Assembly (NCBI GenBank): GCA_964016885.1
Contig: OZ024743.1
Location: 304,854,001-304,918,000 of the forward strand
Source: Eledone cirrhosa
Taxonomy: Eukaryota
Direction of reading: 5' to 3'
DNA: 64,000 nt
Shown one piece after another: positions 27,633-39,230 of the stretch (its first letter is position 1; the number at the start of each line of letters is the position of its first letter). Made by a program: the position numbers and the translations under genes. The notes below the pieces were generated by a model. It worked only from the letters and a program-made list of their open reading frames with translations. It made no database searches and had not been told where the DNA came from.

Positions 27633-28116
27633 TATATATGTATAAACAAATTAACTTGAAAATAGAGTTTTGAGATGCGAGTGTATTAAGATTCTCAGTA
27701 AAATGGGAAAACTTGGCATATGGAAGTCTTTAGAATAGCAAAATACTGTTGAAGCAGCGTTGGGTAAAATATTACCTCAAAGGACAGAGATCAGGCTAGA
27801 TGTGATTTGACTGGAAGGAAGGAAGAGAAGATAGGAAGAAGGAAAAAGAATGGATGAAAGCAAACAGATCACAAACATAATATGCTCTTCAGATCTCAAC
27901 CTTCTACAGTTTCAACAAATTAATGAGATTACTGCAGGGAATAGAAGGCTTGTAACAGGGAAACAAATATCTTCATTCATAAATTGTTTGTGTTGGGACA
28001 GGTTGATCGACCTCAAGTTGTCGCGAGAAAGGAAGAATATTGACGTCAGTAGAGCTGGCCTGTAGAAGGGAGAGAGGGAAAGGAAGAAAGTAACAATGGG
28101 AGGGAGAGGGGGAACT

Positions 28117-28945
28117 ATATAATATTTGTAAATCGAATTTTAGCTGCATTACAGCAAGTACTATTCGATTTCTTTAAGGTAATCACAAAGCACAGAATGG
28201 ATAAAAAGTTAAAAACAACATTAAGTCCAGAGTTAACACCGTAGTTATAAAATGTGACACCAAGAAAATCAACCGAAAACACAAACTATACATACAACAA
28301 AATAACGATAGATACAAAAAGGTTTTTCATGACTGGACCATCTCTGATTGATTAAAATCGATATAAACAATAAAATCTCAGATAGGTTTCTGGAACCCCT
28401 GGAATTTATATAACAAGTTATATAATGCACAAGTAATACAGATAATACATATGTACTTCCATGATCAAACTGCAATTCCTTCATCTGCAGGTTTTGTCCT
28501 TTTAAAAAATTCATCAAGACTACAGATTTCATGCTACTTGTAGCAGTAATTCAGTCTACAGTCATGTGATCTTACTCAAAGGAAGAAGTCAACTAGTCAA
28601 AATTTCTGGTGTTTATTTTTGGATATGAGAACAAAAGAATTTTCACAGCCTCAAAATACGAAGCTCTCCACTAGAATTTGTAAATGAAAGATAACTAAAT
28701 ATAACTAGATCATCTTCGAATACATGGGTCTAGGTGAATAAATTATAATATTTGTAAATCAAAGTTTAGCTGCAGTGCAGCAAATGCTATTCGATGTGTT
28801 TGAGGTAATCACAAAGAACTCAATGGATCAAAAGTTAAAAACAAACCTTAAGTCCAGAATTAACACCATAGTTATAAAATGTGACACCAAGAAAACTGAC
28901 CGAAGGCATAAACTATACATACAAAAAATTACGACAGATACAAAA
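28117..28945. repeat. Two diverged ~200-bp direct repeats (28117-28320 and 28744-28945)
   Basis: Both contain tataatatttgtaaatc...ttaagtccaga...gttataaaatgtgacaccaagaaaa...gatacaaaa. Confidence 0.8.
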
Positions 28946-29199
28946 TATATATGTATATATATATATCAAAGGTATATATTAAGTTAGAAACTCAAAATAG
29001 TCTGTTACAATAAAATAGCTCTAAGAAAGAGATTTTTCCGAGCCGTATATTATAATTGAATATAAAAGTTTGAGTCTGGCAAACCTTATTGTCCATAGTT
29101 AGTATTTTTTTCAACCTGGTCTCTTACAATTTGAACACATATATGTATATGTCTGTGTTTATCTCTCTTGTATAGATATATAAATTTGTTAGCCTCATT

Positions 29200-30300
29200 A
29201 GGACTCTATATTCAAATATGTTAGGCTTAATGCTAGGCTTACTATAGATGGTGAATTGTTGAACCCTATCAACTACAATAGTGTGGTGAATCAATGCTGC
29301 AAACTTGCCCCTACACTATTTAGGTTCTATGCTGCTGTACTGTTCTGTATAGCCTTCAAAGAAGTCAGCACCTCACACAGCATCAAAGTATGGTTTAGAT
29401 ATGATGGTGATATTTTTGTTCTTCATTGCCTCAAGTCCAAGACAAAAATACTATTTCATGATTTCATAAAGGAGGTCCAATATGCTGATGATATTGCTGT
29501 TTTCTGCAATTATCCCATTGCTCTACAGTAACTGTTATCTACATATAACACAGTTTCTTTGAAAATGGGCCTCCAAATCTACATTAATAAGACTGAAACA
29601 GTGAGTATCGGAGAGCAAGTTGATTTTTTCATTGATGGGCAAAAACTTGCCAGAGTGGAATGCCTCAAATATGTCACCAAAAACTGTAATCTCAATGAAG
29701 AACTTAGTACACATATTTCAGTTTCCTCTTGAGCTGTAGGTAAACTAAGAGTGCGAGTCTTTGAATCCAGGGAACTGGCATCTGAGACTAAACTTAAAGT
29801 TTATAACCAATGTGTGACTCCTCTCTTGTATGAAGTGAGACGTGGAGTTTCCATCGTTACCACATTAGACAGTTAAGAACAGTTCAGCAACGGGAGTTCA
29901 TTCTCAACATTAAATGGATCACTTTGTCAAAAACAATGAGGTACTGAAACGGGCAAAGATTCCTGATATTAAACTATCCTCATAAGGAATAGACTCAGAT
30001 GGGTTGGCCATGTCATCTATATGGATGATTGTAGACCTATAACGAAACTTCTTTTAGGTGTGCTTGAGGATGGTGTTCGACATGTAGGACAATCTCTCTT
30101 GAGGTATAAGGACACAATCAAAGATATTTTAAAAAAAGGTAACATCCTTCACTGCTGGAGGCATTATGTTGATGACAGACCAATATGGCAGAAGCTAATC
30201 CATTATGTAAGCATCAATATTGAAAACCAAAGGAAGTAGGACAACAAGAATAAAAGGGAGAAATGACACATCAACAGACCAGATCGACTATTATAATGAA
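29200..30300 (+). mobile_element. Degenerate RTE-BovB-like LINE 3' half (no PHD insertion)
   Basis: QCCKLAPTLF...VWFRYDGDIFVLHCLKSKTK...VQYADDIA; RLRWVGHV...RPITKLLLGVLEDGVRHVGQSLLRYKDTIK. Confidence 0.85.
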
Positions 30301-30304
30301 CATA

Positions 30305-30424
30305 CTTTGTCAAGCTACTAATATAGACTTTGTCAAGCTATTAATATAGACTTTGTCAAGCTACTAATATAGACTTTGTCAAGCTACTAATATAGATTTG
30401 TCATGCTACTAATATAGAATTTGT
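30305..30424. repeat. 23-bp tandem repeat (ctttgtcaagctactaatataga) x~5 at the tail of the BovB-like element
   Basis: Directly visible. Confidence 0.9.
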
Positions 30425-30550
30425 TTTTTTTGTATATATGTATATGTATATGACTAACTAGAATGACTGCTTGAATATTCGGCTGAAACTCATCTTGTGA
30501 ATTGTTGTTTACCTGTATCGGGACTCAGACAGGTGGTTTATATATGTATA

Positions 30551-30875
30551 TGGCTTAGTGGTTAGAGCATTGGGCTTGCAATTGAGTGGTTGTAAGTTCG
30601 ATTCTCTGACCGGGTGATGTGTTGTGCCCTTGAGCAAGACACTTTATTTCAAGTTGCTCCAGTTTACTCAGCTGTAGAAATGAGTTGTGACATCACTGGT
30701 GCCAAGCTGTTTCGGTCATTGCTTTTTCCATTGACAACATCAGTGGCATGGACAGTGGCAACTGGTATACATGGGCGACTACTGGTCTTCTACAACACAA
30801 ACCTTGCCCAGGCTAGTACCTTGGAGGGAAACTTTCTAGGTGCAAAACCATGGTCATTCATGACCAAGTGGGGCG
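30551..30875 (+). mobile_element. tRNA-derived CORE-type SINE (same head as 20821, different tail)
   Basis: TGGCTTAGTGGTTAGAGC, GTTCGATTC, ccttgagcaagacactttatttc...ctgtagaaatgag. A partial copy lies at ~50350-50400 and a diverged copy at ~60072-60300. Confidence 0.8.
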
Positions 30876-31010
30876 ATATATATATATATTTTTTTTTATA
30901 TCTGCATTTTTATTTTTTTATTTTTTTAAATTTATTTTTATTTTTCCCTTCTTTTCGTGTTCTTCAGTTGTTAACTTCCCTCCTTACTCCCTCTCAGAGT
31001 TCATCTCAAC

Positions 31011-31047
31011 TTTCCTGATGAAGGACATAAGTCCAAAACATCGAAAC
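31011..31047 (+). ncRNA. Degenerate minimal type I hammerhead ribozyme (Penelope-type), copy 1
   Basis: tttc-CTGATGA-aggac-ataa-gtcc-aAAA-ca-TC-gaaa: stem I tttc/gaaa, stem II ggac/gtcc; the GAAA core is mutated to AAAA. Confidence 0.6.
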
Positions 31048-31170
31048 CTCCTCCACTCCCACCAAGCGTGAACCTAATACAACTATGTACAATTGATTCC
31101 TGCGTTTGTTTGATCTTTTCAACTATATATATATATATGTGTGTGTGTGTGTGGGCATATATATATATAT

Positions 31171-31520
31171 CATCATCATCATCGTTTAATGTATATATTC
31201 CACGTTAGCATGGGTTAGACAGGTTTGTCCCATTTAGAAGCAAGTTGGTCGGGTGACCATGTCTTACTCATACATGAGTGTTTCTGGATGGTTTTCTACG
31301 GCTGGATGCCCTTCCTAATACCAACCACATTGACAATGTGTGCTCAGTGCTTTTTTACACGTCCAGTTTACAGTGTTGTCTGGGTGCTTTTTGGGCTGGT
31401 TTTCTACAGCTGGATGCTCTTCCTAATGCCAAACACATTGATGGTGTGTGCTAGGTGCTCTTGTTGTGACACCTACATGATCACTTTACAGTGTGGGCTG
31501 GATGATTTGTGGTGCCAGCA
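31171..31520 (-). mobile_element. RTE-type 3' UTR fragment with a duplicated ggatgcccttcctaa module
   Basis: (CAT)n then cgtttaatg...gcatgggttagac...ggctggatgcccttcctaa twice. Confidence 0.7.
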
Positions 31521-31828
31521 TAATATATATATATGTATATACATGCACCTATCATGATAATGATATACACATATATATATTTGCATGCATATACATATCC
31601 CATATATATGTAATACACATACACACTTCGCATATATACACATATAAATATATATATATCATCAACCTCGTCGTTTAATGTCCATCATTCATAGGTGGGA
31701 TGGATTGACACTTAGGGAAAAACAGACCAGAGGACCATGTTTAGCTCACCCAGGGCAGATTTTGACTTGGTTTCTACATATAAATATATGTATATGTGTA
31801 TATGTATATATTTATGTGTATATGTATA

Positions 31829-31874
<46 letters not shown>

Positions 31875-31879
<5 letters not shown>

Positions 31880-32540
31880 GAACAGCAATCTTACATGGTA
31901 GATTAGAAAGAAACGAAGCTTAAATGCTCCAATGGATGTGTAATGGTGATATACACAAATGGAAAAACATAAACAAATTGAGAGATACTAAGAATAAGAG
32001 GAATCAAATGATGTGTGCAGGAGAGGAGGTTGCATTGGTGTGGACATGTGATGCGTATGAACGATGACAGCTGCATAAAATGGTGCAAAGCACTAAAAGT
32101 CAATGGAAACCTTGGAGTGAGGAGACCCAAGAACACCTGGGATGAGGTGATAAAAGCTAACCTTGCCCAATTGCACCTCTCACAAGTGATGACACAGGAC
32201 CGAGACCTCTGGCATTACGTAGAAATACAGAGGACCCAACACCCATGGGTACAAGCTGAAGGTGAAGAATATAGACAGTATACCCCAACCCCCATCCCGC
32301 TGTAAATTGGTTGTGTAGGTGTCACCACAAAATCACCCAGTCCACACTATAAAGTGGTCATGTAGGTGCCACGGTAAAAGAAGCACCCAGCACTCACTGT
32401 AAATGAGGTTGGTGTTAGGAAGGGCATCTAGCTGTAGAAATCAAGCCAAAATCAGTTCCGTATGAGCAAGACATGGCCACCTGACATGGCATTGCCCACA
32501 ATAGGACAACCTGTCTAACCCATTCTAGCATGGTAGAATG
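31875..32540 (+). mobile_element. RTE LINE 3' fragment
   Basis: QERRLHWCGHVMRMNDDSCIKWCKALKVNGNLGVRRPKNTWDEVI...MTQDRDLW plus the family 3' UTR. Confidence 0.88.
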
Positions 32541-32813
32541 GAGGTAAAATGGAGGTAAAATGGAGGTAAAATATATGAAGACAATGGAAAGGGTAAATTT
32601 GATGGTTATATTGAGAAATTTATGAAAATTAATAAGTATTTTCTTGTCCATGCATGACAGCCATAGATTTTGTGAATAGAGGGTCCATATAGAAAAGATG
32701 CTACTTATCTCGGACACAATTATTTTTTTTATTAAGAAAGGATGTGTATATGTGAATGTGTGTGAGTGTGTATATGTTTAAATAGTAATTATGTTGCAAT
32801 AATGTATTTTCAG

Positions 32814-33009
32814 CTTCACACTGAAAATGTGAATGGAAAAAAACTTCTTTTTGACGAAATTGGAATCTCGGGTAGAAGATGGAACACTGTTTGTTTCAAT
32901 GTAACAGCAAACATGAACACTAGCTTCATATTTACTGCCACAAAAGGTTATGAATATAACAGACATATTGCTCTGATGGATGTTGGTTTCAAAGAAGGAA
33001 GTTGTGAAG
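32814..33009 (+). CDS. Exon C (196 nt, phase 0-1); C-terminal part of MAM domain 1
   Basis: ttttcAG / GTGAGA. LHTENVNGKKLLFDEIGISGRRWNTVCFNVTANMNTSFIFTATKGYEYNRHIALMDVGFKEGSCE, with the MAM end motif W....F.a.....IAlDDv.f..g.C. Confidence 0.9.
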
Positions 33010-33440
33010 GTGAGATAGCTTACACCTCTCTTTTTCTCATTCTCTCACTACCTCTCCTTCTTTGTATACACACACACATATATATGAATATGAACACATG
33101 ATCATACAGTGGTTTATCTTATTTCTTGTATTTTTTATACACATCACTGCTCCCTTGACATGCCTGTTCCAACTATATCACCAAGCAGTCATCCTCATCC
33201 TCATCAACATCCTCATCATCATTTAATGTCTAGTCAGGGTTGGACAGATCTTCACAGACTCAGTGAGTACTGAAGTGGGGACACTGACCTCCAAGACAGG
33301 CCTGGGATTCGCATCATGCTTGCATATGACTCTATGTTCTACCAAGTGCATTTGTCGTGGAATCAACACTAGAAAATGACCTCTGATTCTTAAGTTGCCC
33401 ACATTAGTTTCCGTCACCTCTATGGTGACCTTAATGTTTG

Positions 33441-33630
33441 GGCTGCAACATCTGTCAAGTATTTATGATGTACGAGGGCTGCAGCATCTGTCAAGTATTT
33501 ATGATGTATGAGGGCTGCAGCATCTGTCAAGTATTTATGATGTACGAGGGCTGCAGAATCTGTCAAGTATTTATGATGTATGAGGGATGCAATATCTGTC
33601 AAGTATTTATGATGTACGAGGGCTGCAGCA
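33441..33630. repeat. 36-bp minisatellite, left part (~5 units)
   Basis: Unit gcatctgtcaagtatttatgatgtacgagggctgca. Confidence 0.95.
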
Positions 33631-36600
33631 TCATCATCATCATCATCATCATCAACGTTTAACGTCCGTGTTCCACGCTTGCATGGGTTTGGACGGGGGT
33701 AGTCCCACTTGAGGCAAGAGTAATTGTCTTGCTCGCATAGGACTGTCTGGCAGGTTTTCTACAGTTGGATGCCCTTCCTAACACCAACCACATTTACAGT
33801 GTGGGTCTGGGAGGTTTTTACCGTGTTGCCTACACGGCCACATTACAGCGTGGACTGTGTGTTTTTTTGTCGTGACACCTGCACGATCTCATTTGTTTCG
33901 GCCTGGATGGCGCGGCACCAACATAACTTTACAAAGAACGGGGTGGTGTGGATGGGGTGGGGGTGGTGGTGGTGGGACGGGGTGTATTTTGTTAGAGATA
34001 CCTACTGGCAAGGCGGGTCTTCTCTGTTACTGAGTACCGCCAAAGGTCTCGGTCCAGTGACATTGTCTTGGAGAGGTGTAAGTGTGTGAGGTCGGAGTTT
34101 ATCAGCTCGTCCCAGGTTTTTCTAGGTCTGCCTATTCCGTGGCTACCGTCTATCTTTATTGCCCTGCACTTTGTTATACAGCTATCGACTTTCATGCGCA
34201 TCACGTGTCCATACCAACGTAGCCTTCTCTCGAGTAAACAACATCTGATCCCTCTTATTTCTAATTTTTTCCTTAGTTCGTTTATGCTTTGCCGTTCACG
34301 TATATTACTGTTACACATCCAGCGGAGCATGCAAGCTTCGTTCCTCTCTAGTCTGCGTATATCCTCTGCACACAATGCCCAGGTCTCACTGCCATGCAAC
34401 ATTGCTGTTCGTATGCAGGCATCGTACAACCTGCCTTTCATTTTTAGGGAGAACCCTTTAGCAGCTAATAGTGGTATAAGCTCTCTGAACTTTTTCCAAC
34501 CAGTTCTGACTCTAGCTACTGTACTTTCAGAGCACCCTCCCCCACTGCTGATTTTATCGCCCAGGTAACTGAAGCTGTCCACTATTTCTATAGAACCCTC
34601 TGCGCAATTGAAAGAGCTAGTATTTTGTGGGCACTTGCTGCTACTTATTGCACCAGAACACCGGCCACATGTAAAATCTATGTTCTTAGTTAGCTTACCT
34701 GTGATCCCACTACATCTTTTATGCACCCATACTTTGCATTTAGGACATAAAATGGAGTTTCTACCTACGCCTTTCCTACACACCGAGCACGACCATTTCC
34801 CAGAAGGGACCGCCGCCTTGTTTTCTTTCCTACAAACTAGAACTTTAGTCTTAGCCAGGTTAATTTTAAGTCCTTTTGACTCTAGGCCGTGCTTCCATGT
34901 TTGGAATTTCTTCTCTAGCTCGGCCATTGATTCCGCTATGAGTGTCAGGTCGTCTGCGTATAGGAGTTCCCATGGGCAGCCGGTCTTGAACTCCTCTGTT
35001 ATAGCCTGAAGGGCAATAATAAATAGTAGGGGGCTGAGAACAGAGCCCTGATGGACGCCAACTTTTACGCTAAACTCTTCACTATATTCTTTGCTAATTC
35101 TAACCTTGCTGACTGTTTCTTTATACATGGCTTGTATAGCCCTCACAAGGCATTCGTCAACGCCTAGTTTTCTAAGAGCCCACCAGATAATGGAGTGGGG
35201 GACTCTGTCGAAGGCTTTCTCCAAGTCGACAAAAGCTAAGTATAGGGGTTTACCTTTAGCTAGGTACTTCTCCTGTAGTTATCGTACTATGAAAAGAGCG
35301 TCTGTAGTACTTTTGCCCGACACAAACCCGAACTGCATTTCATCTAGCTCAATTCTCTCTCTGATTAGTTGCGCTATTACTTTTTCCGTGACCTTCATGA
35401 CCTGGTCGATTAATTTAATGCCTCTATAGTTACTCCTATCTAGGGCGTCTCCTTTACCCTTATAACAGTTAACGATGATGCTGCTATGCCAGTCCTTCGG
35501 AACAACCCCATTCTGTACGACTTGGTTAACTATGCGGGTGACCATGGTGTGTCCCACCGTGCCAGATGCCTTCAGCATCTCAGCAACTATTTCCGAAGGC
35601 CCAGCCGCCTTACCCGTCTTGATATCCTTGATTGCCTTACTTATTATACTCCCCTCGACTAACACAGCTGGTCCCTCTATTGGGTCGATATGGGGGAGAC
35701 TGTCTTTCTCCCATTTGTTCTCCTCATTTAGTAGCCTTTCATAGTGGCACTTCCAAGCTACCTTCTTATCAGCGTCGGTGATGGCAAGTGTGCCATCATC
35801 GTTTAGTACACACTTCTCCCCGACAATATCATGGTTTTCCTTGACGCATTGCCTAGCAATCCTGAACACCTCACGATTTTGGTCCTCGCGTTGTAGAACA
35901 TGCTTGAACTTTCTTTCCTCTGCTTCCCTTCTTGCGAAGTACACTTGTCTCCTAGCTTCCCTCCTGGCCATTTGATAGTCTTCTCTACTTCCCCCATCCC
36001 GCCATACTTTCCAAGCCTGCTTTTTGGCCTTAATTGACCCCTCCACTTTACTGTTCCACCACCATGTTACTCTCCTCCTGCCTACAGGCCTGCTCCAGCC
36101 ACAGACTTCGTCTGTCGCCATCAGCAAGTTTGCTTTCAGAAATTCCCACTGTCCCTCTATATTGTCCGACTGTAAATGTTCTTCCTTACTGTCGAAAGCA
36201 TCAAGTAATATGCTTTGAAATTTATTTCTGGCTGTGGGGTCCTTTAGCTTCCATATTTTTCTCCTGAGGATAGTCCTCTTCTGCTGTCGAGTATGTCTCG
36301 TCCTGACTATGAGGTCGCTAATTATCAGTCTATGTTGGGAGGTGCATTCTTCATGGGGGAGGGATTTAGTGTTTACGACAGATACTCTGTCATGTCTTCT
36401 GGTAAGGATATAATCTACCTGGCTTGTGTGTTCCCCGGATCTATAGGTGATCAGGTGATTGTCACGTTTTTTGAAGTTAGTGTTACAGATAGTTAGGTTA
36501 TTTGCATCACAGAATTCCAGGATTCTGGAGCCTTCCTCATTTCTAGTACCAAACCCATAGCCTCCATGGATTTCGTCGTAGCCGTCACAATGTTGTCCAA

Positions 36601-37430
36601 CGTGACCATTTAGGTCGCCTGCAATAATTATATAGTCACTGTCGGATATTTGGGAGGTAGTTAGCATCGGTGTCTCATAGAATCTGTCTTTTATAGTGCC
36701 GGGCAGTCCGGATTGGGGTGCGTACGCAGATATTACTGTCACCGTAGTTCTATTGAGGACAAGTCGTATTTTAATTATTCTGACGTTCACTCTATTTACG
36801 TCTATTATCTTATCTGCCCACTTTTCTGCTACCATGATTCCTACTCCACCCAGCCCATCGTCGTTTCCCACCCAGAAAAGCTTATAACATCGTTTTTTAC
36901 CCTCAATGAATCTAGCAGACCCACCCCTCCACCTGGTCTCTTGAATACAACATACATCGACCTCCTTACGTTCAAGCATTTCTACAATCTCGTTAGCACG
37001 ACCCTTTAGGGTGCCTACATTTATGGTACCAACTCTGAAGTTTTGGATTGCGTTTGGAGGGTGGGGGCGGTGGGAGGCGGGGGGGGAGATGGGGTTATGT
37101 TAGCCATCCGCGGACGAAACAAAGAGGAGTGCTCGCATTCTTGTCCACGAGGTGAATTTGACTTTAACTTTGGCATTTTCGCTGAGCGTCCAGATTTTTC
37201 TCTCCCTTCCACTTTCCAGGATTCCGCAGTCCATCCATCCATCCATCATATATCGAAGGCAACCGGGCTAGCGATAGTATAGGCCTCTGGCTTATGATTG
37301 GTCCGCGTAATAATAATAATAATGGTGATGCGGGGGGGGGGGCTCTGGCTTATGATTGGTCCACGTATTAAGAATGGTGGTGTGTGGGGGAGGGATGTGG
37401 GGTAGCTAGCTGGAAGGTTATGATTGTTTA
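33628..37430 (-). mobile_element. Near full-length RTE-clade LINE (5' UTR, APE endonuclease, RT with internal PHD finger, 3' UTR, (GAT)n tail)
   Basis: ORF track 35279-36979 (APE: CIQETRW, SAYAPQ, GDLNGHVG, SQVDYIL, SQHR) and 33992-35224 ([37 protein letters not shown]). Confidence 0.96.
33992..37107 (-). pseudogene. RTE ORF (APE-RT-PHD) disrupted by one in-frame TAA (35279-35281) and an apparent frameshift in the G-rich tract near 37050-37090
   Basis: The two ORFs are in the same frame (FIVR*LQEKYLAKGKPLYLAFVDLEKAFD); the sister copy has CAA here. The N-terminal MANITPSP is out of frame with IQNFRVGT in this copy but in frame in the 47810-48127 copy. Confidence 0.88.
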
Positions 37431-37643
37431 ACAACATCTGTCAAGTATTTATGATGTACGAGGGCTGCAACATCTGTCAAGTATTTATGATGTACAAGGG
37501 CTGCAATATCTGTCAAGTATTTATGATGTACGAGGGCTGCAGCATCTGTCAAGTATTTATGATGTACGAGGGCTGCAATATCTGTCAAGTATTTATGATG
37601 TACGAGGGCTGCAGCATCTGTCAAGTATTTATGATGTACGAGG
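37431..37643. repeat. 36-bp minisatellite, right part (~6 units)
   Basis: Same unit as 33441-33630. Confidence 0.95.
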
Positions 37644-37869
37644 AGCTACAATGTTTACATTTGATTTGTAGACCACATGTATTCTCATGTACACTTCTGC
37701 ATTGTTGATGGTATAATTAGGAAGTATGCACTTATTGTATGTAGGTCAGTGTTGGTGGAGAAGTCTCCTCAAAGAGTGTGCCAGCAGTATATTCAGGCCC
37801 ACTCTCTGGTTGGCTTGTCTGATGGCTGTTTTGTCTTTTCATTGAAATGTGGCAGCTTTAGGTAGCATA

Positions 37870-38700
37870 TGTTATAATTAAAGCAGAAGTTCCAGACATG
37901 GAAACAGAATCTAGAATCAAAGGACTTCAAAGTAAACTTCACAAAGACTAAAGTTTTAGTAAATAGGAAAGAGAATAGGACTCTGATATCATTAGGTACA
38001 TGCTCCATATGTCAAAACGGGATGGCTAGAAACTCCGAGAGGGAACAGTGAACACACAGGTAGGCTGACAGGGACTTAATACATGACAGATGCACAAGGG
38101 TAGTTAACAGGAAGGTTACTCAGGAAATGATCTCCCTCAAATGATCAGAGGACTCATTATAAATTGTAGATAGCTTTTGTTATCTAATGGACCTCATTAG
38201 CAGTGAAGGGGGATGTACCGAAAATGTCGTAGCCAGAGTGAGAAAAGGGAGGAGGAAGTTCAGGGAGCTCTTACCTCTGCTGGCAATGAAGTAAAGGGCA
38301 AATTATATGTTGCTTATGTTCAAAACCATTGCAGTGAGATATCCATTCTGAGTGAGGAACTTCAGTGGATAAAAAGAAATGAAACATGCAATGCTTCACT
38401 GGATGTGTAATATTAATATATGTAAAGGACTGTGAGCAATGAAGCTGAGAAAAAAGCTGAGCATAAGAGGCATAAAATATAATGTGCAAGAGAGACCATT
38501 GTGGTGATATAAGCATATTATGTGTCAGGAGAGTGAGAGTTATATAAAAAAAGAGCTGAACACTTGAAGTGGGTGAAACCTGTGGAAGAAAGAAACCAAG
38601 GAAGACACAGGACGAAGTTGTGAAATAAGACTTTAAAAAATTGATCCTCACAAAGGAGATGACACAGAACTGAGCTGACTGGTGATATGTCATAATACAG
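37870..38700 (+). mobile_element. Old degenerate RTE copy (RT C-terminal half)
   Basis: KFQTWKQNLESKDFKVNFTKTKVLVNRKENR, IVDSFCYL..LISSEGG, decayed GRKKPRKT. Confidence 0.8.
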
Positions 38701-39230
38701 AGGTCCAGTCCACTAGTACCAGCACTGTGACAGATGACACAGAACTGAGCTGACTGGTGATATGTCAAAATACAGCAGTCCAGTCCACTAGTACCAGCAC
38801 TGTGACAGATGACACAGAACTGAGCTGACTGGTGATATGTCATAATACAACAGTCCAGTCCACTAGTACCAGCTGTGCTACAGAGATGACACAGGACTGA
38901 GCTGACTGGTGATATGTCAAAATACAGCAGTCCAGTCCACTAGTACCAGCACTGTGACAGAGATGACTGGTGATATATCATAATACAGCAGTCCACTAGT
39001 ATCATCACTGTGGCAGAGATGACACAGGACCGAGCTGACTGGTGATATGTCATAATACAGAGGTCCAGTCCACTAGTACCAGCTCTGTGACAGAGATGAC
39101 ACAAGACTGAGATGACTGGTGATATTCTATAATACAAAAGACTTGTCCACCAGTACAAGTACTGAGACACATGTGACATAGGACTGAGCTGACTGGTGAT
39201 ATGCCATATTGAAAAAAATACCTTGCACTG
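38657..39230. repeat. ~75-bp minisatellite (~7 units) continuous with the 3' end of the preceding RTE
   Basis: Unit agatgacacagaactgagctgactggtgatatgtcataatacagaggtccagtccactagtaccagcactgtgac; 25-aa periodicity in ORF 38271-38843. Confidence 0.92.

Noticed and set aside
34068-36887. Plus-strand ORFs overlapping the RTE
   Set aside because: Antisense shadows of the RTE ORF, repeated in each copy.
33420-37708. Repetitive peptides (ICQVFMMYEGCS)n and (LTDAAALVHHKY)n
   Set aside because: Translations of the 36-bp minisatellite; no splice signals or domain similarity.
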